Assembly (NCBI GenBank): GCA_002748015.1
Contig: PDRH01000047.1
Coordinates: 1 to 33,411 of the forward strand
DNA from: Bacteroidota bacterium
GTDB lineage: Bacteria; Bacteroidota; Bacteroidia; Bacteroidales; CAJPTX01
Reading direction: 5' to 3'
DNA: 33,411 nucleotides
Both the position numbers and the translations under genes were made by a program. Below the pieces are notes generated by a model. It searched no databases. It saw nothing but the letters and a program-made list of their open reading frames with translations, and was not told where the DNA came from. Below, in pieces: positions 7,102 to 15,571 of the stretch (positions are counted from its first letter, which is position 1; every line of letters begins with the position of its first letter).

Positions 7102-8094
7102 TTAGCCTGTGGTGATGGACAGGCGTAGGAGGTAGTTATTGCGCAGCACGCCGCAGATTTCCCCGTAGGCGAATATGCCGGGGAGCACGGGGTTTTCCTC
7201 CTTGGCGCAGGCAAAACTCTCGTAGAGGCAGTAGCACCCGATGGTCGTGGCGAAGACCTCCTGACCTTCAGGCTCGGCGTTGAGGAAGGATTTGCACAGA
7301 TCTACGGATGAAGGCGCAAGGTACGATTCGTGGTAGGTTACGTTGGGGAGGGCTGGACTGGAGAGGAATCCCATGCGGGTTGTGGGGTCAGTGAAGGGGA
7401 CGATGAAGTGGGGTGTCTGGTCCAGCTCCAGGTGGATGGCATATCGCCCCCGGGCATGGAGATCCTGCAGGTAGTCGTATATCCGCCAGGGATTGCCGTT
7501 AACGACGATTCCATCGACCATGAAGGAGTATTCGGGGAAGTGGATCTCGGTTTGCCGGTCGGGTAGCATGGGGGTATAGGCCTGGGCATGGAAGGTGAAG
7601 CCCTCACGGAGGTGGCAGTGCATGGCCACGATGGTGTCGGCGAGCATTTCGCCTGTGGCCCCGTTGAAGACTAGGGTTTCGTAGGTGGTCGTCGTGCCAG
7701 CCCCTGAGCCTGCCACCCAGCCAACGAGGGGCACATCCGCTGCGCTGGGGGTAGAGTAGGAGTACAGGGCGAAGAGGCGGTGCACCTCGGTGTAGCCGGG
7801 CATGATGGCGTAGGTGAAGCCCTCGGACGGGGTATTGACGTAGAGGTCGTCGAGACTGAGCGACTGGTAGGCCTGAATGCGAGGTGCTACAATGAAGTCC
7901 GTCAGGTCGATTACGTGTATCCCCTGCTGCAACTCCCTGGGGCCATGCTCGGTGAGGAAGTGGGTGGCAATCCCACCTATCCATTGCCCCTGGGGGAGGC
8001 CTAGTAGCTCAGGTTGGCTAGCGGCCAGGACGAGAGTTCTACCCTGCTCAATGAGCGCTACAACCTCCTCCCTGTGCAGTATCCGGTTGACCAT
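7102..8094 (-). CDS. Uncharacterised 330-aa cytoplasmic protein (weak FIST-like features)
   Basis: Long ORF with coding-like composition and no signal peptide or TM segment. N-terminal LVLAAS...LPQGQWIGGIATHFL and C-terminal GIFAYGEICG resemble FIST N/C domain signatures. This is a recollection only. Confidence 0.7.
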   Translation of the reverse strand: MVNRILHREEVVALIEQGRTLVLAASQPELLGLPQGQWIGGIATHFLTEHGPRELQQGIHVIDLTDFIVAPRIQAYQSLSLDDLYVNTPSEGFTYAIMPGYTEVHRLFALYSYSTPSAADVPLVGWVAGSGAGTTTTYETLVFNGATGEMLADTIVAMHCHLREGFTFHAQAYTPMLPDRQTEIHFPEYSFMVDGIVVNGNPWRIYDYLQDLHARGRYAIHLELDQTPHFIVPFTDPTTRMGFLSSPALPNVTYHESYLAPSSVDLCKSFLNAEPEGQEVFATTIGCYCLYESFACAKEENPVLPGIFAYGEICGVLRNNYLLRLSITTG

Positions 8095-8112
8095 GGCTAG
8101 CCCTGATTGGTT

Positions 8113-8625
8113 TTAGATGCTTAGGTTGATGTACTCCCAGGAATTGCCACACTGCTCAATATAGCGGATGAGGTCCTGGCCAGAGATGACTAGCGTAGCC
8201 CTATTGTCGTTAGGGTGGAACCCTATGGCGGGAGCGCCCCTGAGGGAATCATCCAGGTATACATACACGTGCTGTTCAGCATCGTGGACGAGGCCAAGCG
8301 GGGAGACTGATCCGGGCTTGACACCGAGGTACTTCTCCATGCGCTTCTCCGAGGCGAAGGAGAGCTTTCCCTGGCCGAGCATGAGCTCGAGGGAGCGTAT
8401 GTTGGCCTGATTGTGGCCGTCGAGCACGAGGAGGTAGTGACGGTTGCCCTTGTGGTTGCGGAGGAAGAGGTTCTTGCAATGGCGGCAGTCGATATCCTTC
8501 CACCGCTCCATGGCCAGGGCTATGGTGGGGATGGGAGGGTGCTCGTGGTAGGCGTAGGACACCTGCAACTCGCCGAGCCGTTGGTACACGGCGGAGTCGC
8601 CGATTATCTGCTGTTGCTTCTCCAT
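8113..8625 (-). CDS. ProX/YbaK-family aminoacyl-tRNA deacylase (prolyl-tRNA editing domain protein)
   Basis: HEHPP...CKNLFLRNHKGNRHYLLVL...KLSFAS...LGVKPGSVSPLGL...IGFHPNDNRATLVIS matches stand-alone ProX proteins. I moved the start to ATG 8625 because the track start at 8655 is a TTG that overlaps the TATCTTTG promoter box. Confidence 0.8.
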   Translation of the reverse strand: MEKQQQIIGDSAVYQRLGELQVSYAYHEHPPIPTIALAMERWKDIDCRHCKNLFLRNHKGNRHYLLVLDGHNQANIRSLELMLGQGKLSFASEKRMEKYLGVKPGSVSPLGLVHDAEQHVYVYLDDSLRGAPAIGFHPNDNRATLVISGQDLIRYIEQCGNSWEYINLSI

Positions 8626-8652
8626 CTGGTTCTTACTCCTTATTTTCTCATG

Positions 8653-8660
8653 CAAAGATA
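8653..8660 (-). promoter_or_regulatory. Bacteroidota -7 box (TATCTTTG) for the ProX-like operon
   Basis: Plus-strand CAAAGATA is TATCTTTG on the minus strand, 28 nt upstream of ATG 8625. Confidence 0.5.
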
Positions 8661-8703
8661 CATTTTTTCCTTTGCTAGCATCTGCAATAAAGGGAGAAAT
8701 CGC

Positions 8704-8711
8704 TACCTTTG
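8704..8711 (+). promoter_or_regulatory. Bacteroidota -7 box (TACCTTTG) for the AsmA-like gene
   Basis: Exact consensus match 42 nt upstream of ATG 8753. Confidence 0.55.
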
Positions 8712-8752
8712 TCGCTATATATCATTGGGCTACATAGGCAAAGGGTTACAAC

Positions 8753-11464
8753 ATGCGATTGGTACGGGGCCTTCGACTTCTTCTCTACCTGCTCTGCATC
8801 CTAGCGTTGCTAGGGATTTTGGCGGTTGGCGGGCTATTCCTTCTGGAGAAGCAGTGGGGGGAGATCGTGGTGGAGAGGGTGCTCGATCAGGTGAACCAGG
8901 AGCTACGTATCCCGGTCAAGACCAGCGGTGTAGACTTCACGTTTTTCGCTGATTTCCCTCAGGCTAGCATCCGCCTACGGGATGTCTGCATTCCCACGCT
9001 ACGCGAGGGGGGGGAGGCGGAAGTGCCGCCGGGTGAGGAGCTACTCCGGGCCAAATCCCTGCTGCTGGTGCTCAACCCCTTCGACCTGCTGCGCGGGGAG
9101 TACCGCGTGGAGGCGCTGCGGCTATCCGAGGGCTCCCTGAGGCTAGAGAAGTACGCAGAGGGGGGGGATAACTACACCCTACAGCAGGCAGGGAGGAGCG
9201 ATAGCACATCGGGGGGGCTCAACTCCTGGGCCATCGAGGGCTTCGAGCTGGAGAACATGGTGGCCTCCTACCTGGATGGACGTAGCGGGCTGAGGGTGCG
9301 CATGCAGCTGGCTACCCTTGAGGCCAATGCTCGCTACGAGGGTGAGGCGCTGGGGCTACGGCTCAAGGGGGAGGGGGGGCTCGAGGAGCTGGTGCACGAA
9401 GGCAAAACGTACGCCAAGGGTGAAGAGCTACGCCTAGACACCGAGCTACGCTATGATAGCCTTGCGCTCGAAAGCCCCCGCAGCGTGCTGGAGGTGGAGG
9501 GCAATAGGCTCGTGGGGGTGTGGTCGCTATCGAATACAGACGGTGCGCTACACGCTAGGATAGATGCCCCGGGAGTAGACCTACAAAACGTGCTGAAGCT
9601 AGCCGAACGGCAGGGATACAACCTGCCCGAGGGGCTGAAGGTCGATGGACAGCTAACGGCCGGGGTAGACCTCCATGGGGCTGTCCGGAATGGGCTGCGG
9701 CTACATGCGACGGTCACGGTTCGAGGGGAGGGGGAGCTGGGTGTAGAGTACAAAGGTAATGAGTACCGCATAACCCGCCTATCCGGGACCTTCAGCAATG
9801 GAGAGCAGGCCTCTGCCCGGAGTAGCCGCTTCGAGCTGCAGGCGTGCCATATTACCCGCGGGCAGTCGCACGCAGACCTGGAACTCCGACTTACCAACCT
9901 GAAGCGCCCGGCCGTCTACGGACGGATAGACCTTAGGGCGCTAGACAACGAATTCCCGCTGGGTTCGCTGGCTAAGTACGTTCCGTACTACGGGGAGATC
10001 GTGGCCCGTGGCGAGGGGGTGGCTAGCCTCCGAGGGGTAGATCACATTAGGGAGGAGCTGCTACGGCACATGAAGACCAAGATGACGGTTTCCTTCTCCG
10101 GGCTGACGGTTACGCCCGGTGGTGGCCAACGGCTCGATTCGCTCACGGGGGTTGCAACCTTCAAGGACAGAGACCTCCTGAAGGGTTCTATCCGCGCGAG
10201 GTGGGGCGAGGCCAACATCGACGTGGGGGTAAATGCGAAGCGTTTTTGGAGCCTAGCCACCGGGAAGGGGAAGTCGGACTGGACGGTGAACACTGCCATT
10301 AGCGGGTGGAGTATCCCCGACTACATCGTACCAGACTGGGGTGGCGATGAAAACGGCCAGGAGGATGCGCCCAGCAAGCCTGCATCGGGGAAGGCGAAAG
10401 GCACGAAGCAGCGTACCTTCTGGGACTACGTTGGCAGCATGCAGGGGAAGCTGTCTCTCAACGGTTGCCGGTACCGAGGAGGCAAGGTTGATTCGCTGCA
10501 GGCGAGCTTCAGCGGGAATGGCGAGCAGGTGCTGATGGACATCAAGCAGGGGCGACTTTTCGATGGGCGCATTCGTGGCAAGCTAGGCTTCCAGAGCCTT
10601 ACCGCTGACCGGCAGCTACTCAGGGCCGACCTGCACCCAGAGAGCATAGATATACAGCGTATATTCCGCCAGTTCGCGAACTTCGGACAGAGCAACGTAA
10701 AGTCAGAGAACATCAATGGACGGCTCTCCGGGGAGGTTACTATCTACGCCCCCCTTCAGGAGGGGGAGCTCCTGCTTCCGGAGTTCCGTTTGCAGGCCAA
10801 GGTGAACGTATACAAGGGGGGGCTCAAAAATCTGGCTGGTATGGAGAAACTCAGCCGCTTCATCGAGATGAAGGAGCTACAGGATATCCGTTTCTCCACG
10901 CTCTCCAATACCATATCGGTCGAGAACAGCGAGATACGTATTCCGGAGATGGATATACGCTCTTCGGCGCTCTCGCTCAAGCTCAGCGGACGGCAACACT
11001 TCGATTCGCGGTATGCGTACCGGCTACAGCTCAAGCTGGGGGATGTACTGTTCAACCGCTGGAAACGCCGGCGGACGGATGCGCAGGAGGAGGTCCTCGA
11101 GGACAAGAAGAGCGGTGGCGGCTCCCTCTTCCTACGGATAGAGGGGGACTCTACCCAGGTAAATGTACGCTACGATAGGGAGGCGCTCAAAGAGCAGATC
11201 GCACGTCGATTTGCACGGGAGAAGGAGGAGCTTAAAACGCTATTCAAGGAGGAGTTCGGGACGGAGGAGGAGGCCCCCCAGGCTACTGACGTGAGGAAGT
11301 CGACCAAGGTAATTTGGGAAGAGGAGGGAACAAACGGAGGAGAAAGCGGCACGAAACAGCGTGGGGAAGGGGATTCGGATAATCAGGAGGTAAAGCCAGA
11401 GGATAGGCGGAGGCGGAAGTCAGAAACTGAACGTAAGAAGCCTAGCGTAATATGGGAGGACTAG
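8753..11464 (+). CDS. AsmA-family outer-membrane biogenesis / lipid-transport-like protein
   Basis: 903 aa. It has a single N-terminal TM anchor (LLLYLLCILALLGILAVGGLFLL), a long beta-rich body, and an AsmA_2-like C-terminal region (IRIPEMDIRSSALSLKLSGRQHFDSRYAYRLQL) followed by a highly charged tail. Confidence 0.75.
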   Translation: MRLVRGLRLLLYLLCILALLGILAVGGLFLLEKQWGEIVVERVLDQVNQELRIPVKTSGVDFTFFADFPQASIRLRDVCIPTLREGGEAEVPPGEELLRAKSLLLVLNPFDLLRGEYRVEALRLSEGSLRLEKYAEGGDNYTLQQAGRSDSTSGGLNSWAIEGFELENMVASYLDGRSGLRVRMQLATLEANARYEGEALGLRLKGEGGLEELVHEGKTYAKGEELRLDTELRYDSLALESPRSVLEVEGNRLVGVWSLSNTDGALHARIDAPGVDLQNVLKLAERQGYNLPEGLKVDGQLTAGVDLHGAVRNGLRLHATVTVRGEGELGVEYKGNEYRITRLSGTFSNGEQASARSSRFELQACHITRGQSHADLELRLTNLKRPAVYGRIDLRALDNEFPLGSLAKYVPYYGEIVARGEGVASLRGVDHIREELLRHMKTKMTVSFSGLTVTPGGGQRLDSLTGVATFKDRDLLKGSIRARWGEANIDVGVNAKRFWSLATGKGKSDWTVNTAISGWSIPDYIVPDWGGDENGQEDAPSKPASGKAKGTKQRTFWDYVGSMQGKLSLNGCRYRGGKVDSLQASFSGNGEQVLMDIKQGRLFDGRIRGKLGFQSLTADRQLLRADLHPESIDIQRIFRQFANFGQSNVKSENINGRLSGEVTIYAPLQEGELLLPEFRLQAKVNVYKGGLKNLAGMEKLSRFIEMKELQDIRFSTLSNTISVENSEIRIPEMDIRSSALSLKLSGRQHFDSRYAYRLQLKLGDVLFNRWKRRRTDAQEEVLEDKKSGGGSLFLRIEGDSTQVNVRYDREALKEQIARRFAREKEELKTLFKEEFGTEEEAPQATDVRKSTKVIWEEEGTNGGESGTKQRGEGDSDNQEVKPEDRRRRKSETERKKPSVIWED

Positions 11465-12249
11465 CCCTCGCTACTCTCCTGATGCTGCTCGCGGGCGAAA
11501 TCCTGGAAGAGCGAGGTCATCTCTGGGGAGAGCAGCGTTTCGCCCGTATCCTCTGGGTCTCTTAGCTCATTTTTGCGGTATACGTAGTGCACTCCATATT
11601 CTCGGCATCTATCCCTGGCCAGGTTCGGAGGAAGGTTGCTGAAAGTAGCTTCTACCTCATTCCAGACGGAGAGTATAATGGAATCTGCGGTATCGCGCAG
11701 GTCGTTTAGCTGCTGCAGGGTACGGTTGGTATTCTGCTGAAAGACCTTCTGACGCGTGTAGCCATCGAAGAACTGCTCATACTGCACGCGTACCATGGCT
11801 ATGCTCGGGTTGGTAATGGGTCCGCTCCCTTGGGCTGTTCTATTGAACTCGCCGTCGATAATCTTCCTACCCCACTCCACTATGTCCTGGTCGGATGCTA
11901 GAGAGGGGAGACGAGTTTCAGCCTCATCTATACCGTAGAATGTACGCACCTCTGGGTTGAGCTCTCCCCGTAGGATTGCCATGTTAACCACCTGTATGAA
12001 GTGGGAAACGTATAGGCGCGTTTTGCGTACCATATCCTGGTACTCCTGGCTCGATTCGCTCTGCTGCTGGTAGGCAGTCTTATACTGTTGGGTAGCCTCA
12101 GTAAAGCTATTGATGAATAGGCCGAGGCGCGAATAGGTTTCCTGCGTATAGGCCAGCTCATTGGGGTGTAGCTCTTTGCCCATCCCGTAGGCGGCCTGCA
12201 TGGCGCGGAGACGGGCAGAATCTGTATTGGGGAGGCGTCTATACGGCAT
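11461..12249 (-). CDS. Conserved hypothetical protein (starts MPYRRLPNTDSARLRAM)
   Basis: Coding-like ORF. I chose the start at ATG 12249 rather than 12300 because a -7 box lies at 12289-12296, inside the longer version. No recognisable motif. Confidence 0.7.
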   Translation of the reverse strand: MPYRRLPNTDSARLRAMQAAYGMGKELHPNELAYTQETYSRLGLFINSFTEATQQYKTAYQQQSESSQEYQDMVRKTRLYVSHFIQVVNMAILRGELNPEVRTFYGIDEAETRLPSLASDQDIVEWGRKIIDGEFNRTAQGSGPITNPSIAMVRVQYEQFFDGYTRQKVFQQNTNRTLQQLNDLRDTADSIILSVWNEVEATFSNLPPNLARDRCREYGVHYVYRKNELRDPEDTGETLLSPEMTSLFQDFAREQHQESSEG

Positions 12250-12288
12250 ATCTACACTCTTTGGGGTGCGGGAAAACCTTGTCAACCG

Positions 12289-12296
12289 CGAAGGTA
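12289..12296 (-). promoter_or_regulatory. Candidate -7 box variant (TACCTTCG)
   Basis: Minus strand reads TTTTTTGCTACCTTCGCG, 40 nt upstream of ATG 12249. Confidence 0.4.
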
Positions 12297-12467
12297 GCAA
12301 AAAACGAAGGAAATAAGGATAAGCGCGGATGAATAAGCATCTGTAAATCGTAGAATCCGTAGGCCAAACGAGTGGATAATAGTATAGGCATTGGGGGCTA
12401 AGCTACAAGCCTAGCTAAGGTTACTAGCATGGCGATGAGGCTATCGACCTAGCCGTGCACAGCATGC

Positions 12468-12502
12468 AAAAAGGGGGCATTGCAATTTGTTGCAATGCCC
12501 CC
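12468..12502 (-). terminator. Rho-independent terminator of the peroxiredoxin gene
   Basis: 13-bp perfect stem GGGGGCATTGCAA / TTGCAATGCCCCC (12473-12485 / 12490-12502) with a 4-nt loop. On the minus strand it is followed by TTTTTG. Confidence 0.75.
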
Positions 12503-12551
12503 CCTAGAGGTATCTGGTTGGCTATCTAGCCCGCCAACAGAAGATGCCAAC

Positions 12552-13211
12552 TTACTTTTTGGTCTCTGCGAAGGTAATGTACCAGTCCTTCATCTTCTCC
12601 TTCTTCTCAGCATACAGCGCCTCTACGCCTTCCATATCCTCGGGTGCGTGCTGCAGGGCATCGCAACCGGGTTGCCAATCCAGAGGGGTAGCTAGGGTTT
12701 CAGCATCTGTAAGCTGCAGCGCCTTTAGGCAACGCAGTATTTCATCCATGTTACGCCCAACGTTGAGCGGGTAATACATGATAAGACGAACCTTCTGCTG
12801 AGGATCGATGAAGAATACAGTACGGACGGTGGCCACGCTAACCTCACCCGGGTGTATCATACCATACAGCTGGGCAACTGCCATGTTGATGTCGGCAATG
12901 ATGGGGAAGTTAATCTCCACGCCCATTGTACTCTTCAGGTTCTCTACCCATCCGATATGCGAGAAGATGCTATCGATGCTCAGGCCGAGTAGCTTGGTAT
13001 TGAGGGCGGTGAACTCATCCTTGCGCTTGGCGAAGCCGGTCATTTCAGTGGAGCAAACCGGGGTGAAGTCAGCAGGGTGGGAGAATAGGACAACCCATGA
13101 GTCCTTGCAGTAGTCTGACAAGGTCACCCAACCCTCTGTGGTCTTCGCCTTAAAATCGGGGGCGGTGTCACCAATGAGGGGTATCCTGTTCATCATTTGT
13201 TTCTCTTCCAT
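12552..13211 (-). CDS. 1-Cys (Prx6-type) peroxiredoxin
   Basis: IGDTAPDFKA...WVVLFSHPADFTPVCSTE is the Prx6-subfamily active-site block. Length is 219 aa. Confidence 0.9.
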   Translation of the reverse strand: MEEKQMMNRIPLIGDTAPDFKAKTTEGWVTLSDYCKDSWVVLFSHPADFTPVCSTEMTGFAKRKDEFTALNTKLLGLSIDSIFSHIGWVENLKSTMGVEINFPIIADINMAVAQLYGMIHPGEVSVATVRTVFFIDPQQKVRLIMYYPLNVGRNMDEILRCLKALQLTDAETLATPLDWQPGCDALQHAPEDMEGVEALYAEKKEKMKDWYITFAETKK

Positions 13212-13385
13212 AACAGTAGCATCTTTATCGTTGAATGTTCAAGCAAAGGGGGAACATACCCCTGGCGGAGCGTCCCCACTTTCTATAATGAATAACGATA
13301 GGCGGGCTTTTTTGTTCGGTCTGGTTGCCATGAGTGGCATTCCGAAACAAGCCTAAAGATGGTGGGGCGAGTAAGGGTATAAACG

Positions 13386-13417
13386 TAGGGCCTCCATCCT
13401 GACGGATGAAGGCCCTA
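13386..13417 (-). terminator. Possible terminator hairpin
   Basis: 14-bp stem with one mismatch (TAGGGCCTCCATCC / GGATGAAGGCCCTA) and a 4-nt loop. The downstream T-run on the minus strand is weak (CGTTTAT). Confidence 0.4.
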
Positions 13418-13453
13418 ACATCTACTTTGTAATCGCTTCAGGTCGGAATACCT

Positions 13454-14254
13454 CTAGTACCTACGCCTAGACCTCCTGGAACGCTTCTTTTTCTTCTTCT
13501 TATCGGCGGCTTTTGCCGAATCTGCATTACCTGGCTCAGTACCGTATGCCTCCCCCTCTATAATATAGGTTGGTATTTCACCGTATCCCCCCTGGGTTTT
13601 CCGGTTCTTCACGAGGACATAGGTCCCCCCCTTACGTATAACCTGCTTCTTGAGGCGCGTCTCGGCATTCTGACGGGCCTTAGCCAGCGACGGGCTCTTG
13701 CTACGTGATTCAGCCTTTACCACTCCCTTGGGGTACAACCCCTGCACCATGGCCTCGTCCTCAGTTACGATTACTATACGCCAGTCGGTGTCGTCTATCT
13801 CCTGGGCCGCTAGAGCAGTTATCTTGTCAATTCGCCCATCCCTGTATATGACGCGGTTTACCTTCTTGCGCTTGAGAGATTTGACCTTCCTCTTCCCGAG
13901 CGGATAGAAGCTAACGGTGCGGTTGTTCACCACACGGATGTTGCATGGTATCTTACGCCCCGATATTGTAACTACAGTATCGCACGCCGGCTTGGCCTTC
14001 TCGGCAGAGGGATGCTGCGCACCATCCTGGGGAGCTGTGGCCCCCTCCTTCTTGCCCTTGGCCTTCTCAGACTTCTTTTTCTTCCCAGAACGCCTACTAC
14101 GGCTAGACCTCCGCTTTCTGGGCTTCTTGGCGTTTTTTTTCTGCTCTTGCTGGTCGACCTGCTCGGTATCCGTGGCCTCTGAGGCCTGCTCATCTTGCGC
14201 CACGGCAGCAGGTGCTACGGCAAAAAGAAGTGCTAGGCTAAGAGCCAACACCAT
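13454..14254 (-). CDS. Secreted protein with polycationic N- and C-terminal tracts (unknown function)
   Basis: I set the start at ATG 14254, which gives a clean signal peptide (MVLALSLALLFAVAPAAVAQ). K/R-rich runs (KKNAKKPRKRRSSRSRRSGKKKKSEKAKGKK and KKKKKKRSRRSRRRY) flank a globular-looking core of about 150 aa. Confidence 0.7.
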   Translation of the reverse strand: MVLALSLALLFAVAPAAVAQDEQASEATDTEQVDQQEQKKNAKKPRKRRSSRSRRSGKKKKSEKAKGKKEGATAPQDGAQHPSAEKAKPACDTVVTISGRKIPCNIRVVNNRTVSFYPLGKRKVKSLKRKKVNRVIYRDGRIDKITALAAQEIDDTDWRIVIVTEDEAMVQGLYPKGVVKAESRSKSPSLAKARQNAETRLKKQVIRKGGTYVLVKNRKTQGGYGEIPTYIIEGEAYGTEPGNADSAKAADKKKKKKRSRRSRRRY

Positions 14255-14322
14255 GTGCAAGCTCTTAACCCGCAAATCTCTATGGCTAATTCTCCCTGTC
14301 CGGCAGATCATAGGCGGGGATT

Positions 14323-14484
14323 TTAGCGCTTCATGCCGCAGAATTCGTCGGATACCGTGAGCTTTTTACGCCCCTTTTTACGACGAGCAGCCAGCACACG
14401 ACGACCATTGGCGGACGACATGCGCTTCCTGAAACCGTGCTTGTTCTTCCTCTTCCTGACAGAAGGCTGAAATGTTCTTTTCAT
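14323..14484 (-). CDS. rpmH: 50S ribosomal protein L34
   Basis: Not in the ORF track (53 aa). The reverse-complement translation is [53 protein letters not shown], which carries the canonical L34 MKRT(F/Y)QPS..KR...HGFR.RM....GR.VL..RR.KGRK.L signature. Confidence 0.95.
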   Translation of the reverse strand: MKRTFQPSVRKRKNKHGFRKRMSSANGRRVLAARRKKGRKKLTVSDEFCGMKR

Positions 14485-14563
14485 TGGAAATCAATCTTTT
14501 ACGCTTCTACCACTCGGCCAAACCGCATGCCAAAAGCATGGGTTGAACCCTTCAATTACGGGG

Positions 14564-14571
14564 CAAAGTTA
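14564..14571 (-). promoter_or_regulatory. Bacteroidota -7 box (TAACTTTG) for rpmH
   Basis: Plus-strand CAAAGTTA is TAACTTTG on the minus strand, 80 nt upstream of the rpmH ATG. Confidence 0.45.
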
Positions 14572-14601
14572 AGCCTTTTTCCAAGACTACAAGGGATGCA
14601 C

Positions 14602-15318
14602 TCATTTAGAGGGGACAAAACACCCTCTGTTCGGCTGGTTCTGCTTGACATAGATGACCGTTAACGGCTGGTTTTCCTGTATACCTAAATAGGTAGAAAC
14701 GAAAAGCCTCGTAAAAAAGTCTAGCTTCGCCAATGTTTCCTGAATCAACGCATAGGGGATGTCCAGCCATAGGTCGTCACCCACCATCCTCAGCTGAACC
14801 CCCTGGTTGAGAAGGGTTGCATAATCTCCAGAGACAGTGCCAACGACCCGAATCGTGAGGAGTTTCCCCACCTCCTCATAGGTGAACTCCTGGCCTTGGT
14901 ACTGGGGGAACTCAACGGAAGCCGTCGCCGGGATGAAAGTGGCATTACTAATGGGTATTTCGTGCTCAATTCGCTGCTGATAAACCCCGAAGCCTTCCTG
15001 CTTTGATTTCTTAATGAAGCGCATCAGCTTGAAATTGCCCTCAGTCGTAAGTGTAACCGTTTCACCACCAGGCTCAGCCCCAGGTCCACCACCAGGCTCA
15101 GTCCCGGGTGCCCCCCCCTCTTCGCCACCCATTTCATTCCCTGCATTGCCACCCGGTTCAGAATTCGCCTCCGCCTGATCAGTCGCTTCCTGCGCATGCT
15201 CCTTGCCGAATGCCCCCACCAACTCCTCCGAGCTTTCCTCCTTCTCGCAAGCGACAAAGACAAACGAAAAGGCCAATAAAGCCATCAGGACAGGCCCAAC
15301 ATATCTCTTTATTTTCAT
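14602..15318 (-). CDS. Lipoprotein of unknown function with an acidic Gly/Pro/Glu-rich linker
   Basis: Signal peptide plus lipobox (FVFVAC). The low-complexity linker includes a 24-nt tandem duplication (CACCACCAGGCTCAG at 15063 and 15087). Confidence 0.75.
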   Translation of the reverse strand: MKIKRYVGPVLMALLAFSFVFVACEKEESSEELVGAFGKEHAQEATDQAEANSEPGGNAGNEMGGEEGGAPGTEPGGGPGAEPGGETVTLTTEGNFKLMRFIKKSKQEGFGVYQQRIEHEIPISNATFIPATASVEFPQYQGQEFTYEEVGKLLTIRVVGTVSGDYATLLNQGVQLRMVGDDLWLDIPYALIQETLAKLDFFTRLFVSTYLGIQENQPLTVIYVKQNQPNRGCFVPSK

Positions 15319-15543
15319 ATCCTCATAAGTTTTGCTCGCCTATAGAACCTTTAGACGTAATTATATGGTTGCAAGCTACACCGTTTTATCCATTTTAGCG
15401 CACAAGCCACAACTTTATTACACGAAACGACCTTTTTGTCGGACAAACGGCCAACTAGTACCATTAGTCCCGGGTAAGGCACAACGACGCAGACAGCGGA
15501 GAAACGGGGAACTGGTACTCGCAGGGATTTCAGGAGTATTGAT

Positions 15544-15551
15544 TACCTTTG
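15544..15551 (+). promoter_or_regulatory. Bacteroidota -7 box (TACCTTTG)
   Basis: Exact consensus match 21 nt upstream of ATG 15572. Confidence 0.5.
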
Positions 15552-15571
15552 CGCTAGATTCAACATTGTGA

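Noticed and set aside
8626-8655. ORF-track N-terminal extensions: TTG start at 8655 (ProX-like gene), 12300 (hypothetical gene), 14311 (polycationic protein) and 30666 (coiled-coil lipoprotein).
   Set aside because: In each case an internal ATG gives a sensible N-terminus (a signal peptide or lipobox, or the conserved MPYRRLPNTD). The extension also overlaps a candidate -7 box (8653-8660, 12289-12296) or the upstream gene (mrdA for 30666), or starts only 12 nt after the rpmH stop (14311). I therefore used the shorter coordinates.
9007-9379. Four G7-G8 homopolymer tracts inside the AsmA-like gene (9007-9014, 9160-9167, 9211-9217, 9373-9379), plus another at 10816-10822. I considered them as possible phase-variation sites.
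   Set aside because: All are in-frame GGG-GGG (Gly-Gly) or similar codon runs in a genome that visibly favours GGG. The reading frame is intact, and a single sequence shows nothing about length variation. They are worth a glance in read data only.
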